64,000 nt of DNA from an uncultured Planctomycetales bacterium (GTDB lineage Bacteria > Omnitrophota > Gorgyraeia > Zapsychrales > CAYRXT01): positions 562-64,561 of the forward strand of contig CAYRXT010000012.1 in the NCBI GenBank assembly GCA_964428315.1, written 5' to 3'. The notes under the pieces are model-generated. The model had not been told where the DNA came from. It worked only from the letters and a program-made list of their open reading frames with translations, and did not search any database. Both the position numbers and the translations under genes were made by a program. This document shows positions 26,697 through 36,765 of this stretch, piece by piece. How positions within the stretch are numbered: position 1 is the first letter of the stretch; every line of letters begins with the position of its first letter.

Positions 26697-27900
26697 GCTC
26701 ACTGAGCAGTGATCTGTACAAGGCGTGCGTCTCCCTGGCGACGTGGGCCCAGCTGAAGGACTTGAGGACGCGCCGGCGGCCGGCCTTGCCCATCCGGCGG
26801 CGCAGGGCCTTATCGTCGACGAGCTGGTTGATGGCCCGGGCCAGGTCCTTTTCAAAGGCCTTCGCGGATTCGGCCTTCATCTGGGCTGAGTCGCCGTTTT
26901 TCACCGGCACCAGAATGCCGGTCTCCCCGTCCGCCACGGCCTCTTTGATGCCTCCCACCGCGCTGGCCACCACGGGCGTTTCGCAAGCCATGGCCTCGAG
27001 GTTGATGATCCCGAAAGGCTCGTAGACAGACGGACAGCAGAAGACCGCGGCGTGGGAATACAGCGCGACCTTAGCCTGCAGGTCGATGATATTTTTGATC
27101 CAGATGATGCCGCCTCGGGCCTTTTCGACCGCCGCCACATGCTCTTCCATCTCGAGCAGGATCTGGGGGGTGTCGGCGGCGGAGGCGCAAAAGACGACCT
27201 GTATCTCCTCCTTAAGATAAGGGATCGCGTTCAAAAGATGGAAGATGCCTTTTTGCCGGGTGATCCGACCGACAAAGAGAACATAGGGGCGCGAAAGGTC
27301 AATGCCGAGGGATTCGATTGCCCGGGGCGACCGGGTCGGCGTATATTCTTTCGGGTCGATGCCGTTGTGAATGATATGGATTTTTTCCGGCGAGACTTGG
27401 AAATGGCCCAGGATGTCTTGACGGGTTTCCTCTGATACGGCCACGACGGCGTCGGCCATCTCAAGGGCGGTCTTTTCAACCCAGCAGCTGAAATCGTATC
27501 CTCCGCCGAGCTGTTCCCGTTTCCACGGCCGAAGCGGTTCCAGGGAATGCGTGGTGACGACCAGGGGAATAGAATAATTGAGTTTGGCCAGGATGCCGGC
27601 GAAATGGGTGTACCAGGTGTGGACGTGCACGATATCGGCGTCGATCCGGCTCATGTTGAATGCGTTATTTCTCTGGACGGCGTCGAACACGCTCTTCAAG
27701 GGTTTGGGAGCCGAGCCCTTGCGTCTGGAGGGCGGAAATCCCCTCACCTTAAGGGTTTTTTCGTGAACCTTCTGTTTGCCGAAACAGCGGACCTCGACCC
27801 TGCAGAGCTTGGCCAGCTCGCGGCTGAGATAAGACACGTGAATGCCAGCCCCGCCGTAGATATGGGGCGGATACTCGTTGGATAAAAGAAGGACTTTCAT
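26644..27900 (-). CDS. GT4 family glycosyltransferase (glycogen-synthase/MshA-like retaining GT-B)
   Basis: MKVLLLSNEYPPHIYGGAGIHV is the GT4 N-terminal signature. The EX7E-type C-terminal region (PSVYEPFGIINLEAMACETPVVASAVGG) is present. The 3' end overlaps the convergent GT2 by ~50 nt. Confidence 0.85.
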   Translation of the reverse strand: MKVLLLSNEYPPHIYGGAGIHVSYLSRELAKLCRVEVRCFGKQKVHEKTLKVRGFPPSRRKGSAPKPLKSVFDAVQRNNAFNMSRIDADIVHVHTWYTHFAGILAKLNYSIPLVVTTHSLEPLRPWKREQLGGGYDFSCWVEKTALEMADAVVAVSEETRQDILGHFQVSPEKIHIIHNGIDPKEYTPTRSPRAIESLGIDLSRPYVLFVGRITRQKGIFHLLNAIPYLKEEIQVVFCASAADTPQILLEMEEHVAAVEKARGGIIWIKNIIDLQAKVALYSHAAVFCCPSVYEPFGIINLEAMACETPVVASAVGGIKEAVADGETGILVPVKNGDSAQMKAESAKAFEKDLARAINQLVDDKALRRRMGKAGRRRVLKSFSWAHVARETHALYRSLLSELTASKDKSISSANRRRP

Positions 27901-28103
27901 ATTCGGGGTCCCGCAGCTTGAATGCTATTTTATAATAAAATATTCCGGCTGTCCCAAAGTATTTTGTCAAACTTCCGGAAAATGAGAGAATAATGCGAGT
28001 AAGGGGAGGGGCTTATGTGAACGAAGAAATCCCTTGTTGTTCAATAAAGGAAGACCTAAAATAAACACAACATTCGACGAAGCCATTAGGACGGGAGGTG
28101 AGC

Positions 28104-28307
28104 ATGGCGTTCCTGCAATGGGTCAACACAAAGATCAGCAAAATGACGTATTGGGATATCGGCATTCTCAAGCTGTGCCTGGTCGCCTTTACGCTCATGA
28201 TCGCGAGTCTTTTTCCACGTCTGACGCAGGTGTCCTGGCCCTGGTACGGCGCGGTGTTTTTCGTGAGTTATCTCTATTTGATGTATAAATTATTCATTAA
28301 GAATTGA
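28104..28307 (+). CDS. Small two-TM membrane protein
   Basis: RBS GGGAGG 5 nt before ATG 28104. 67 aa with two hydrophobic helices. Confidence 0.35.
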   Translation: MAFLQWVNTKISKMTYWDIGILKLCLVAFTLMIASLFPRLTQVSWPWYGAVFFVSYLYLMYKLFIKN

Positions 28308-28322
28308 CCGGGACAAAAGGCC

Positions 28323-28835
28323 ATGCACGTGTCCGCGCACTTTACCTGCAATTTGACCATTCTGGTCCTCGGCGTTTCTCTTGTCCTGGCTTTGGTCTGG
28401 GTGATGCTTCTGCGCAGATCCCTGCGACGGGAGAGGCGCCGGCAGTTTTTCCCCTTTCTTGGCATGTATTTTGACGACGGTCTTATGGGTTTCTATCTCG
28501 TTAATGAAAGTCAGCATCCGGCCCGGTCTGTCGTGATCGAGGATATCCCCGTGACTGTGGATTACGGGTTCAAGAAGCACCTGCTTCTGAAGTTCGAGGC
28601 CATCGATCTGCTCAAACCGGGTGAGACGATGAAACTGGATTACCGGGTCTGGGAAGGCGACGCCCCTTTTGCGGAGGGCGTCTCGGAGGATCTGGCCGGC
28701 CAGCTGACGGCCTCACTCCAGGAGGTGAGGATTCATTACCGCAATTTGAGCCGCGCCGGTTTTCGCGCCGTCCTTTCCAAACAGGGAAAACGTCTGGTCA
28801 TCGACCGTATCATTCCCGATAAACAAGACAATTGA
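28323..28835 (+). CDS. Hypothetical membrane-anchored protein
   Basis: N-terminal TM (LTILVLGVSLVLALVWVMLL) followed by a soluble domain. No family recognised. Confidence 0.4.
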   Translation: MHVSAHFTCNLTILVLGVSLVLALVWVMLLRRSLRRERRRQFFPFLGMYFDDGLMGFYLVNESQHPARSVVIEDIPVTVDYGFKKHLLLKFEAIDLLKPGETMKLDYRVWEGDAPFAEGVSEDLAGQLTASLQEVRIHYRNLSRAGFRAVLSKQGKRLVIDRIIPDKQDN

Positions 28836-28916
28836 CAACAGGAGTGTGTCCCGTGACGGACATGGTCTGTCTGCGCGGATACCCAAGTATGGGGGGCTTT
28901 ATCAGCAGCCGTTATC

Positions 28917-30761
28917 TTGAGAAAACAGACACTTGAAAGAACCGTTATCCTTTGCTTAAGCCTCCTTGTCTCCTATCTGGTCGGTGTGGCGTGGCGCATG
29001 GAGGTGAACTATTTCGACAGTTACAGCATTCTCATCAACGCACGCATTTTGGCCCACGGGACGAACCTGCCGTATGCCTGGATCCGCCCGCCGCTTCTGC
29101 CGGCCTTGCTGATACCTTTCTTTCTGATTGAGAACATGACGGGCCTGCCGGAATTTGGCTATACGGCCGCGCATCTTTTCATGGCGGGGATATTCGCGGT
29201 TTTTGTCTATATGGCCAAGGAGTTCTTTGTTCTCTTCCTGGAGAGGCCCTGGCCGTGGATCACCGCGGGGTTGTTGTCGCTCAATCCTGTCCTCGTTCAC
29301 CAGGCTCCCTTTATTAAAGAAGATCTGCTGGCGGCGTTTCTGGCAGCGGCGGCCTTGTTCTCTTTCCTGCGCTGGAAACAAAAAGGGGGGGGCGTCCGTC
29401 TTTGCGCGACCAGCTCCTTGATCGCGTTTTCTCTCTTGGCCCGTTATAACATCGCGCCGGTCCTTTTTTTCCTGGTCGTTGTCTTTACACTTATCCCGCG
29501 GCAGAGGCCTCTGCCCTGGAGAGAGCTCTGGCAGGTTCTCGTCTTTCTCATCATTATCCCGGCGGGGATTTTCGCCGGGACGCAGGTTTTCATTTATGCG
29601 GCACTGGATATCGCGCCGCTTCACCGGGCGCCGGCGCAGGCCTGGACCGACCTCAGGCATTTTTTCATGACGACGCGGACGTCCGAATCCCCCCTTGAGA
29701 ATTTCGGGTTTCTTTTCTATTCGGTTTCCTGGCCGCTGTGCCTCAGCGCGTTATACGGGGCCGTTGTGGCCCTGCGGCACAAGGCGCGCGGGGCGGTCTT
29801 CTGCGGGTTGTGGTTCCTCGCCGTTTTCTTGCTTCAAACATATTTTTTCGGCCATAAGGAGGCCAGGTACCTGATGCCCGGGCTCATACCGTTGTATTTT
29901 TTTGCGGTATTGGGTTTGAAATCCTTCATGGAGATAATGGGGCAAAAGAATGTCCGCGGCTGTTTTCGCGCGGTGTTCTTTATCGCGCTGTTGATGATTC
30001 CCCTTAACAATGCCCTGCGCGAGTGCGCGAAATTCCTCGACCCATTCTACGCGAAACCGGCCGCGGAAAATGTCAGCCTCATGGCCCGGCAGGTCGCCGG
30101 GCCCGGGAAAGCTGTCTACTGGGTGGGGGAAGGGTATCCTCTTGTCCCCGCTGATTATGCTTTCCTGCCTGCCGACGATTACGGTTACATTTATCATCTG
30201 GATACCAATGCCCTCATGTATTATCTCGGAGAGAAGGTCCAGGGGTTCAGGGGGGCGTTCTTTTTTCCGTCATCCCTGGAGGCGCAGGCGCGGCCAAGGG
30301 TGTCAGGACAGAGCCTGAAACGGCACGGGATATTTGTACGGGGCGTCAAAAATTACGTGGACGATGGCGATGTCCTGGTGGTGAACATCGAGCCGCGGCC
30401 CTACACGGCGGCAACCCGGCCCAAGACCCTCGATCCGCTTTATATCCAGAAGGTCCGCCGTCTTTCATTCAGTCTGTCGAAAGGGCCGGTTGGCCGGTCT
30501 CTGGTATTTGCCTCTGATGCCGGCGGAGGGGCGGTCTTTCTGTCAAAAAAAAGAAACGGTTTCCAGCTTCGGGTCGAAGGACTGCCGGAAGGCTATTATG
30601 AGCCTTATCTGCGTGTGCCCGGAAGTAAGAATGATCCGAGCTTCCGTCCGTTTTCCGTTAAAGACGGCGTGGGACAGGCCTTTTTCGCGCATCCACTTCC
30701 CGGGGACGTGGGACGCGTCATCCTCCTCACGTACGATCTCGTCCGGGCGTATTTTCCTTAA
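28917..30761 (+). CDS. Large polytopic membrane protein, probable GT-C-fold glycosyltransferase (PMT_2/ArnT-like)
   Basis: 614 aa with more than 10 TM helices in the N-terminal two-thirds and a C-terminal soluble domain. Early loop motif NYFDSY. Architecture as for the 24505 gene. Confidence 0.55.
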   Translation: MRKQTLERTVILCLSLLVSYLVGVAWRMEVNYFDSYSILINARILAHGTNLPYAWIRPPLLPALLIPFFLIENMTGLPEFGYTAAHLFMAGIFAVFVYMAKEFFVLFLERPWPWITAGLLSLNPVLVHQAPFIKEDLLAAFLAAAALFSFLRWKQKGGGVRLCATSSLIAFSLLARYNIAPVLFFLVVVFTLIPRQRPLPWRELWQVLVFLIIIPAGIFAGTQVFIYAALDIAPLHRAPAQAWTDLRHFFMTTRTSESPLENFGFLFYSVSWPLCLSALYGAVVALRHKARGAVFCGLWFLAVFLLQTYFFGHKEARYLMPGLIPLYFFAVLGLKSFMEIMGQKNVRGCFRAVFFIALLMIPLNNALRECAKFLDPFYAKPAAENVSLMARQVAGPGKAVYWVGEGYPLVPADYAFLPADDYGYIYHLDTNALMYYLGEKVQGFRGAFFFPSSLEAQARPRVSGQSLKRHGIFVRGVKNYVDDGDVLVVNIEPRPYTAATRPKTLDPLYIQKVRRLSFSLSKGPVGRSLVFASDAGGGAVFLSKKRNGFQLRVEGLPEGYYEPYLRVPGSKNDPSFRPFSVKDGVGQAFFAHPLPGDVGRVILLTYDLVRAYFP

Positions 30762-31086
30762 GCCTCGTTAATAGAATCTGTGGGTGCCTAAATAGCCAAA
30801 CATGGCTTAAGTCATTGATAATAAACAACTTGCCAATAAATAAACCTCTGAATTTTTTGAGTTCAGATTCAAGAATAGCCGTAGGGGCCGTGGGATCTGT
30901 GGGAAACCTTCGAGAGTTTCGGTTTTCCACAGATTCCATGGCCCATTTTAGTCGATTATTACCCACAGATTCTGAGAAAGAGCCTTCCTTAAATATGTTT
31001 CGCACCGGCTCTTTTCCGTTTAACGCATTCCGGATCCCGCCGACGATTCCGGCAACGGTATCTTTGCGGGGTATGAGGGAACCTTA

Positions 31087-32646
31087 TTACGGCACGGGTG
31101 GTTTTTTTACGGGGGGATTCTTTACTTTGGGCAGGACACAGAAGATCCCGTAAAGGATAAAGGGAATCAAATAGAGGACTGCCATCTTGACCGCCACTAC
31201 GGGATCGAAGGATTTGTATTTTTGCAGGACTTGCGCGGGAAGGGCCTGCGCCGTGTGTGTGGCCCGGGTCAGGAGGTAGATGACATAAAGCGGTCCCGCC
31301 TTGAAAACCGCCTTGGCCATTTCCGCGGGATGGAAGAGAAGGGTTTTCCAGATCTCGGCCTGATAGGTGTTGTTCGACCAGTCATGAACGCCGAAGTACT
31401 GTTCGGTCAGGGTCATGGTCAGGTTAGTGGCGTTGCCTTCGAAAGCGAGCATTGACATCATCGGCAGGATCGCCAGCGTAATCATCACCCGCCGCAGCAC
31501 AGGTTTACTTTCCACGGATTGAAGAAGGGCGCAGAAAGGATAGACCACAAGGGGGATGGCGGCCGCGAGGATATACCGGTAACCGTACCATCCGCCCTGA
31601 GTCCGGTACATAATAATGCCGTAAAGATTGAATACAAGCGGAATAAGAAGGACCAAAAGATATCTTTTAAGGGGAGAGCGCGGTATAAAGAAAAGATAGC
31701 CAAGCCCGATAAGAAGGAAAGGCGCCGTGAAGACAAGCCCCCAGTCTATGCCGATGAGGATGTGCGCAAGACGCCGGATATAGAACAGGGGTTCTTTGAT
31801 CATGTAAAACTGGGAGATCAGTCTGGAAGCGTATCCTTCGGTATAAGTATACATTGAAGGCCAGATTTTGAAGACCAAGATTAGGGTGAAGGCCACTGCG
31901 AAGACGGCGCCCAGACCCTGTAGGACCATGCCGCGGTTCCGCCCGCGGTTTTTCTGGATCAGGAGGACCACGGGCCAGAAGACGGCAAGGGCGATGTTAT
32001 TGAGCCTCACCAGGACCGTCAGGCCGCTGAGGATGCCCACAAGGACCGCGTAGCCTGATCCGATTCCGGAAGACACCCGGTTTTTCTTGATCTCGGCGAA
32101 GTTTTTAAGAAGAAGGAACACGAAAACGCATTGTATGAAGAATTCATAAATATGGGAGAACAGCGGACGCCTGAAAGCAAAAAGCGGCAGGCCCTGTGCA
32201 AGGACCATCAGGATGACGCACAGCGCGGCATGCTTTCGGGAGAAGTGGAAACCGAGGCCTTCAAAGAGCAGGAAACACCCCAGCCAGAAATAGACCACGG
32301 AGGATACGATGAACCCGAATTCGGTGAAACTGAGCATGGTATTTTTTTTCGTCCGCTCTTCAAAGATGCCGGGATTCCCGATCCGGTCGAACTGGGAAAA
32401 AGCCAGGACAAAGGGCGAGGCCATGAGGCCGGCCCCGATGGAGCATTCCGGACCGTCGGCGCGGTAGCCTTTCTCGGCGAAGGCCATCTCTTTGTCGTAT
32501 GAAGGAAATTCCCCGAAGACCAGGGCCGTGGAATGCGCCAGATAATCGTAATCGTCGTGGGTGTACATCAGGCCGTTGTACTGAAGCTTGTACGGCCGAA
32601 GGAGGAGGAAGAGACAAAGAAAAAAGAAGAGGGTGATTCTTTTCAC
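31087..32646 (-). CDS. Polytopic membrane protein, possible GT-C-fold glycosyltransferase
   Basis: 519 aa and multi-TM. The first-loop acidic motif YTHDDYDY is GT-C like. The start codon is uncertain: GTG 32646 or an internal ATG. Confidence 0.5.
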   Translation of the reverse strand: MKRITLFFFLCLFLLLRPYKLQYNGLMYTHDDYDYLAHSTALVFGEFPSYDKEMAFAEKGYRADGPECSIGAGLMASPFVLAFSQFDRIGNPGIFEERTKKNTMLSFTEFGFIVSSVVYFWLGCFLLFEGLGFHFSRKHAALCVILMVLAQGLPLFAFRRPLFSHIYEFFIQCVFVFLLLKNFAEIKKNRVSSGIGSGYAVLVGILSGLTVLVRLNNIALAVFWPVVLLIQKNRGRNRGMVLQGLGAVFAVAFTLILVFKIWPSMYTYTEGYASRLISQFYMIKEPLFYIRRLAHILIGIDWGLVFTAPFLLIGLGYLFFIPRSPLKRYLLVLLIPLVFNLYGIIMYRTQGGWYGYRYILAAAIPLVVYPFCALLQSVESKPVLRRVMITLAILPMMSMLAFEGNATNLTMTLTEQYFGVHDWSNNTYQAEIWKTLLFHPAEMAKAVFKAGPLYVIYLLTRATHTAQALPAQVLQKYKSFDPVVAVKMAVLYLIPFILYGIFCVLPKVKNPPVKKPPVP

Positions 32647-32995
32647 TTAAACCGTCATGATCCTGTTTGTCCGGTGTTTGGTGACCATCATAACATAAAT
32701 TAAGCTTGAGTTGGGCGAAAATATTTAGGTCTGTGATTTGAGTCTGTCTTTGAGTCTGTCATTTAAGCCCTATATTTCCGTGATGGTTCAAAGAGCGCTC
32801 CCGTACTTCCCGTCCTGGATGTCCAGGCATCCCGGCGGAGTGGGCAGGTCCCGAAAACGTAATGGGTTCCTTGTTATACAATAAACGCCCCTTCAATCTT
32901 CACATGCAATTTTCTCTTCTCCCTCAATTTTCCCTTGCCTTTCTTTGACTAAAGAGATAACATACATTCTCGTTTTGGATTATGAATCAAGGAGG

Positions 32996-35494
32996 ATGAA
33001 AATGCCTGACCTCGATAGATTATTTCGTATCCGTCCCCGCATTGTGCTTGTCATGTGGTTCCTCTCGTTATGCGCTGTTTGTTTGAAGGCGGAAGCCTTT
33101 GAAAACATTGAATATATCGGCCAGTTTTCGCCGTCATTATCCAGTCCCGTTGATATCGCCCTCCTGGATAACCAGGAGATTATCATCCTTGATGAACAAG
33201 ACGCGAGGATCATCTTCCTGGATCCCCAGGGGCAGACAATGCGCATTATCGGGGCCCGGGGATCCCGAACGGGGCAGTTCCGCAGGCCCCGCTCATTAGC
33301 CGTTTCACCGCGGGGCACGATCATTGTGGCCGATACCGGCAACGACAGGATCCAGGTCTTCGATACCAAGGGTGATTTCCTTTTCGCTTTCGGGAACAGC
33401 GGTTCCCGCAGCGGTGAATTCAGCGGGCCTGCGGGAGTGGCCGTGGACCCGGACGGCTACATCTATGTTGCGGATTATGGCAACAAGAGGATTCAAAGTT
33501 TCACGCCCCGCGGGGTCTTTATCAGCGCCTTGGCGACCGATGAGCGGCCGCTTGATATTGAACTGGACTTGCAGAAAAATATTTATGTCCTGCAGCCGGA
33601 AACCGGCGTCATCGCGGTCTATTCTCCCGACGGGGAAAAGAAGGAGGCCGTATCTTTTAAGACGAAAGGCCGTAATTTCGTCAAAAGGGGCAGGGCCATC
33701 GCCGTCGACCGGCGCGGGGATCTTTACATGACCGAGAGGGGCGAGCATAGCGTCAAAAAGACGGACGGGCAGAACCTTCTTCTGTCTTTCGGCTCACAGG
33801 GAGAAGGCCGGGGGCAGTTCGAAGATCCCGCCGGCCTGGCCGTGGACAAGACGGACAGGATTTTTGTGGCCGACGCCGCCAACCAACGCATTCAGGTGTT
33901 CAAGGTCAGCGGGACGCAAAAGAAGCCCTTAGAGACCGGAGCCGCGCTGGAAATGCCCGTCATTGAATTCGCTTCGGTCATTCCTTCGGGTGAGGGGATT
34001 GCCGACCTCTTCTATCAACCGGGAAAAGGTCTCTTTGCCTTGTCGGATGAGCGCGACGCCGTCTTAAGCTTTGATGCCGACCGCAAGGTCTTCGGCCGGG
34101 AGGGCCGTGAATCGGGAGAATTCCGCGGTCCGGAGGCCTTATTTGTGGATCACGAGGGAAGACTATTTGTCGCGGACAGCCAAAACCAGCGTGTCCAGAT
34201 TTTGTCTCCGGAAGGCCGTCCTCTTCATGCGTTCGGGACGGGCGGAGACCTGAATGGCCAGTTCCGCTATCCCAGAGGGATAGCGGTCAATTCGAGAGAA
34301 AGGATTTATGTCGCGGACACCTTAAACGACAGGATCCAGATTTTCAGCAAAGACGGTATTTTTCTTAAAGCCTTCGGCGATGAACTGCTACCCGGTGGAG
34401 AAAAGACCCTTCAGTCGCCCGAAGCCCTGGCCGTCGATTCGCGTGACCGGATTTATGCCGTGGATACCGAACATCACCAAATATCGGTGTTTGACGAGCT
34501 CGGTACGAGGCTGATGGTCTTGGGCAAACGCGGGGGAGGCCCGGGAGAATTCAATCAGCCGGTGGACGTGGCGGTGGACGAAAAGGACTTCCTTTATGTC
34601 GCCGACCGGGGGAACAACCGGGTCCAGGTTTTTGACCCGCGGGGACGCTGGCTGTTCGCTTTCGGTGCCTATGGCCAGGGGCCGAGCTTTTTCCCGTCCC
34701 TGTCGGGGGTTGAAGCCGCTTCTGGCAAGATCTATGTAGCCAATGAAGGAATGGAACAGATCAAGGTCTTTGATTTTGAACGGGAAAAGTTCGGATTAAC
34801 CGGTTCGACGGATCAAGAGGTTGTGCCCCTGGGGAAAAAGACGGAAGGGGATGCGAACGAGACAACGGCTGCAGTTCACGAGAAGAAAGTCCCCGAAAAG
34901 GATGTCCCCAGTACAGAGGATCCAGTTCAGGAAGAGAAAGCATCCGTAGCCGTAGAGCCCGAGGTTAAAGAAAAGGCCCGGCGGCAATCCGTTCAGTCAG
35001 AAAATGAAACGGAAAAAGCAACGGAAAAAGTGTCAGAAAAGAAAGCGGAAAAAGTAATGGAAGAAGAAGCGGCAAACGAAGCGGAAAAAGAAACGGACGC
35101 GTCTCTGGCCGCGGAAGACGATATCCGAAGAGTGCTGGATGAAACCCGTGTTTATGTCACCAAGACTTTTTACCTCCCGCCAAGCGGTTCCCCTCCCGCG
35201 GATGCCATAATGCAGAAAGTCCGGCTCCTTACGACGAACGAAGCCCTGAAGACCCTGGCCGAGAAGACGGGCATGCCCATAGAGAAAGTGAAAAACTACG
35301 CTAAGGTCGAACATGAGGAAATGGACGATGGCGGCACGTTCAAGCTGACCTTGAGCGTTCCCAAGGATCTGAGGGAGAAAGAGCACAGATCTTCCGGACC
35401 CGAGAAGAGAAGGAAGGCCGGGAATTCGCCGCAGGAAGACGATGTCCTGTCCCAAGACGGTCCGCCGTCCGTCGGAACGCGGCTGACCCCTTAG
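32996..35494 (+). CDS. NHL-repeat beta-propeller protein with a C-terminal Glu/Lys-rich low-complexity region
   Basis: RBS AGGAGG. Start is ATG 32996 or 33002. Signal peptide. Multiple NHL repeats (GQFRRPRSLAVSPRGTIIVADTGNDRIQVFD, GEFSGPAGVAVDPDGYIYVADYGNKRIQSF, and so on, at least 10 copies). Followed by an E/K/A-rich segment and a C-terminal domain. Confidence 0.8.
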   Translation: MKMPDLDRLFRIRPRIVLVMWFLSLCAVCLKAEAFENIEYIGQFSPSLSSPVDIALLDNQEIIILDEQDARIIFLDPQGQTMRIIGARGSRTGQFRRPRSLAVSPRGTIIVADTGNDRIQVFDTKGDFLFAFGNSGSRSGEFSGPAGVAVDPDGYIYVADYGNKRIQSFTPRGVFISALATDERPLDIELDLQKNIYVLQPETGVIAVYSPDGEKKEAVSFKTKGRNFVKRGRAIAVDRRGDLYMTERGEHSVKKTDGQNLLLSFGSQGEGRGQFEDPAGLAVDKTDRIFVADAANQRIQVFKVSGTQKKPLETGAALEMPVIEFASVIPSGEGIADLFYQPGKGLFALSDERDAVLSFDADRKVFGREGRESGEFRGPEALFVDHEGRLFVADSQNQRVQILSPEGRPLHAFGTGGDLNGQFRYPRGIAVNSRERIYVADTLNDRIQIFSKDGIFLKAFGDELLPGGEKTLQSPEALAVDSRDRIYAVDTEHHQISVFDELGTRLMVLGKRGGGPGEFNQPVDVAVDEKDFLYVADRGNNRVQVFDPRGRWLFAFGAYGQGPSFFPSLSGVEAASGKIYVANEGMEQIKVFDFEREKFGLTGSTDQEVVPLGKKTEGDANETTAAVHEKKVPEKDVPSTEDPVQEEKASVAVEPEVKEKARRQSVQSENETEKATEKVSEKKAEKVMEEEAANEAEKETDASLAAEDDIRRVLDETRVYVTKTFYLPPSGSPPADAIMQKVRLLTTNEALKTLAEKTGMPIEKVKNYAKVEHEEMDDGGTFKLTLSVPKDLREKEHRSSGPEKRRKAGNSPQEDDVLSQDGPPSVGTRLTP

Positions 35495-35676
35495 TTTTGC
35501 GTCTTAAGAATCCATTACACCGTGGAAACCCGTAAAAGCCATATGTCCGCTGGCGGGTGGTGCGGGCTGCTTTGATGTCCGGCCCGTGAAGCCGCGTGAA
35601 CATAGTCCTGTTGACGATCGGCCGTCCTATTCCGTATCCCGGATTGCCGGCAGGAGAACATTGTCGGAATAAAACC

Positions 35677-36765
35677 ATGAAACCTCAGACGACACAACTT
35701 CGGGACAAAACCGCGATTCTTGCCATCGGCGATAAAAGCGATTTTGACTCCTTCCAGAAGCTGCAATTCAATAAGCGGGATTTCCGCCGGTGCGGATTTA
35801 TTTATCATTCCACTGATTACGAACGCGTCATGAACGGAGTCCTGCCTTCAATCGGGCCGGAAAGGATCGTCATCTTCCTGTTTTTTCCCTTCACTTACTG
35901 GAATGATCATATCGAACACAAGAACTATCGCGGCGTGTACGGGAACCGCACGTTCCACCGGAAATTTGTCCGGTTCTGGAAAGCGGTCGAGGATAAGATC
36001 CGCAGACAATATGCCCACAAGCGGATCTTTTTCATAAACCGCCCCCATTTGTGTGCGGCCTACCGTGACAAACTTAACGTCATCAACACCCTCAGAGAGG
36101 AGAAGATCCCTCAGCCCACCGTTTATGACTATACGTATCACGATATCCGCCGGAATCTGACCAACGGCCAGCGCTATTATCTGAAGCCGCGTTTCGGCTC
36201 CATGGGCAAGGGCATTACGTTTCTCAGCCGGAAGATATGGAAAACGAATTTTATTTATCAGAAGAACCGCATCGTCAGCCTGAAGTCCGATTACGGGTGG
36301 CGTTTTGAGGACATCACCGGAAATGATAATTTCCTGAAGGCCCTCTTGGGCAAAGATATTATCGTCGAGCGCGGCATGAACCACTTCCGGTTCAACGGAG
36401 ACATCGTGGATTTGAGGGTCTATGTATTTCTCAATGAAGTGATCTTTATTTATCCCCGCCGTAACAGGGCCGACCGGGTGACCACGAATATTTCCCAGGG
36501 CGGACGCGGGGCGCCGCGTCTGGTGCGCAAGCTCCCCAGGGATCTTCTCGAAAAGACGCGCCGCGAAGCGCGCAGGACGACCACCTCACTGGACATCGGT
36601 TTCGTGGGCATGGACATTATCCCTGACCCGGTTACGCGCACCGCCTATGTGATTGACGTCAATCTCTTTGCCGGTTTTCCACGCCGGCAGACCTTCAACA
36701 TGGCCCGCCACCTGGCCGAATCCCTGCGCCGGGAAATCAAATCCGGCCGCCTGCGCTTTACCTGA
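35677..36765 (+). CDS. ATP-grasp family protein (RimK / YheC-YheD-like ligase)
   Basis: ATP-grasp core (YYLKPRFGSMGKGITFL ... DIVDLRVYVF ... GFVGMDIIPDPVTRTAYVIDVN). Start is uncertain: ATG 35677 or GTG 35596. Confidence 0.6.
   Translation: MKPQTTQLRDKTAILAIGDKSDFDSFQKLQFNKRDFRRCGFIYHSTDYERVMNGVLPSIGPERIVIFLFFPFTYWNDHIEHKNYRGVYGNRTFHRKFVRFWKAVEDKIRRQYAHKRIFFINRPHLCAAYRDKLNVINTLREEKIPQPTVYDYTYHDIRRNLTNGQRYYLKPRFGSMGKGITFLSRKIWKTNFIYQKNRIVSLKSDYGWRFEDITGNDNFLKALLGKDIIVERGMNHFRFNGDIVDLRVYVFLNEVIFIYPRRNRADRVTTNISQGGRGAPRLVRKLPRDLLEKTRREARRTTTSLDIGFVGMDIIPDPVTRTAYVIDVNLFAGFPRRQTFNMARHLAESLRREIKSGRLRFT

Noticed and set aside
30815-31153. 112-aa ORF across the AT-rich repeat element
   Set aside because: It has no RBS. 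It spans inverted repeats and intergenic low-GC DNA. It is more likely non-coding (MITE-like or sRNA).
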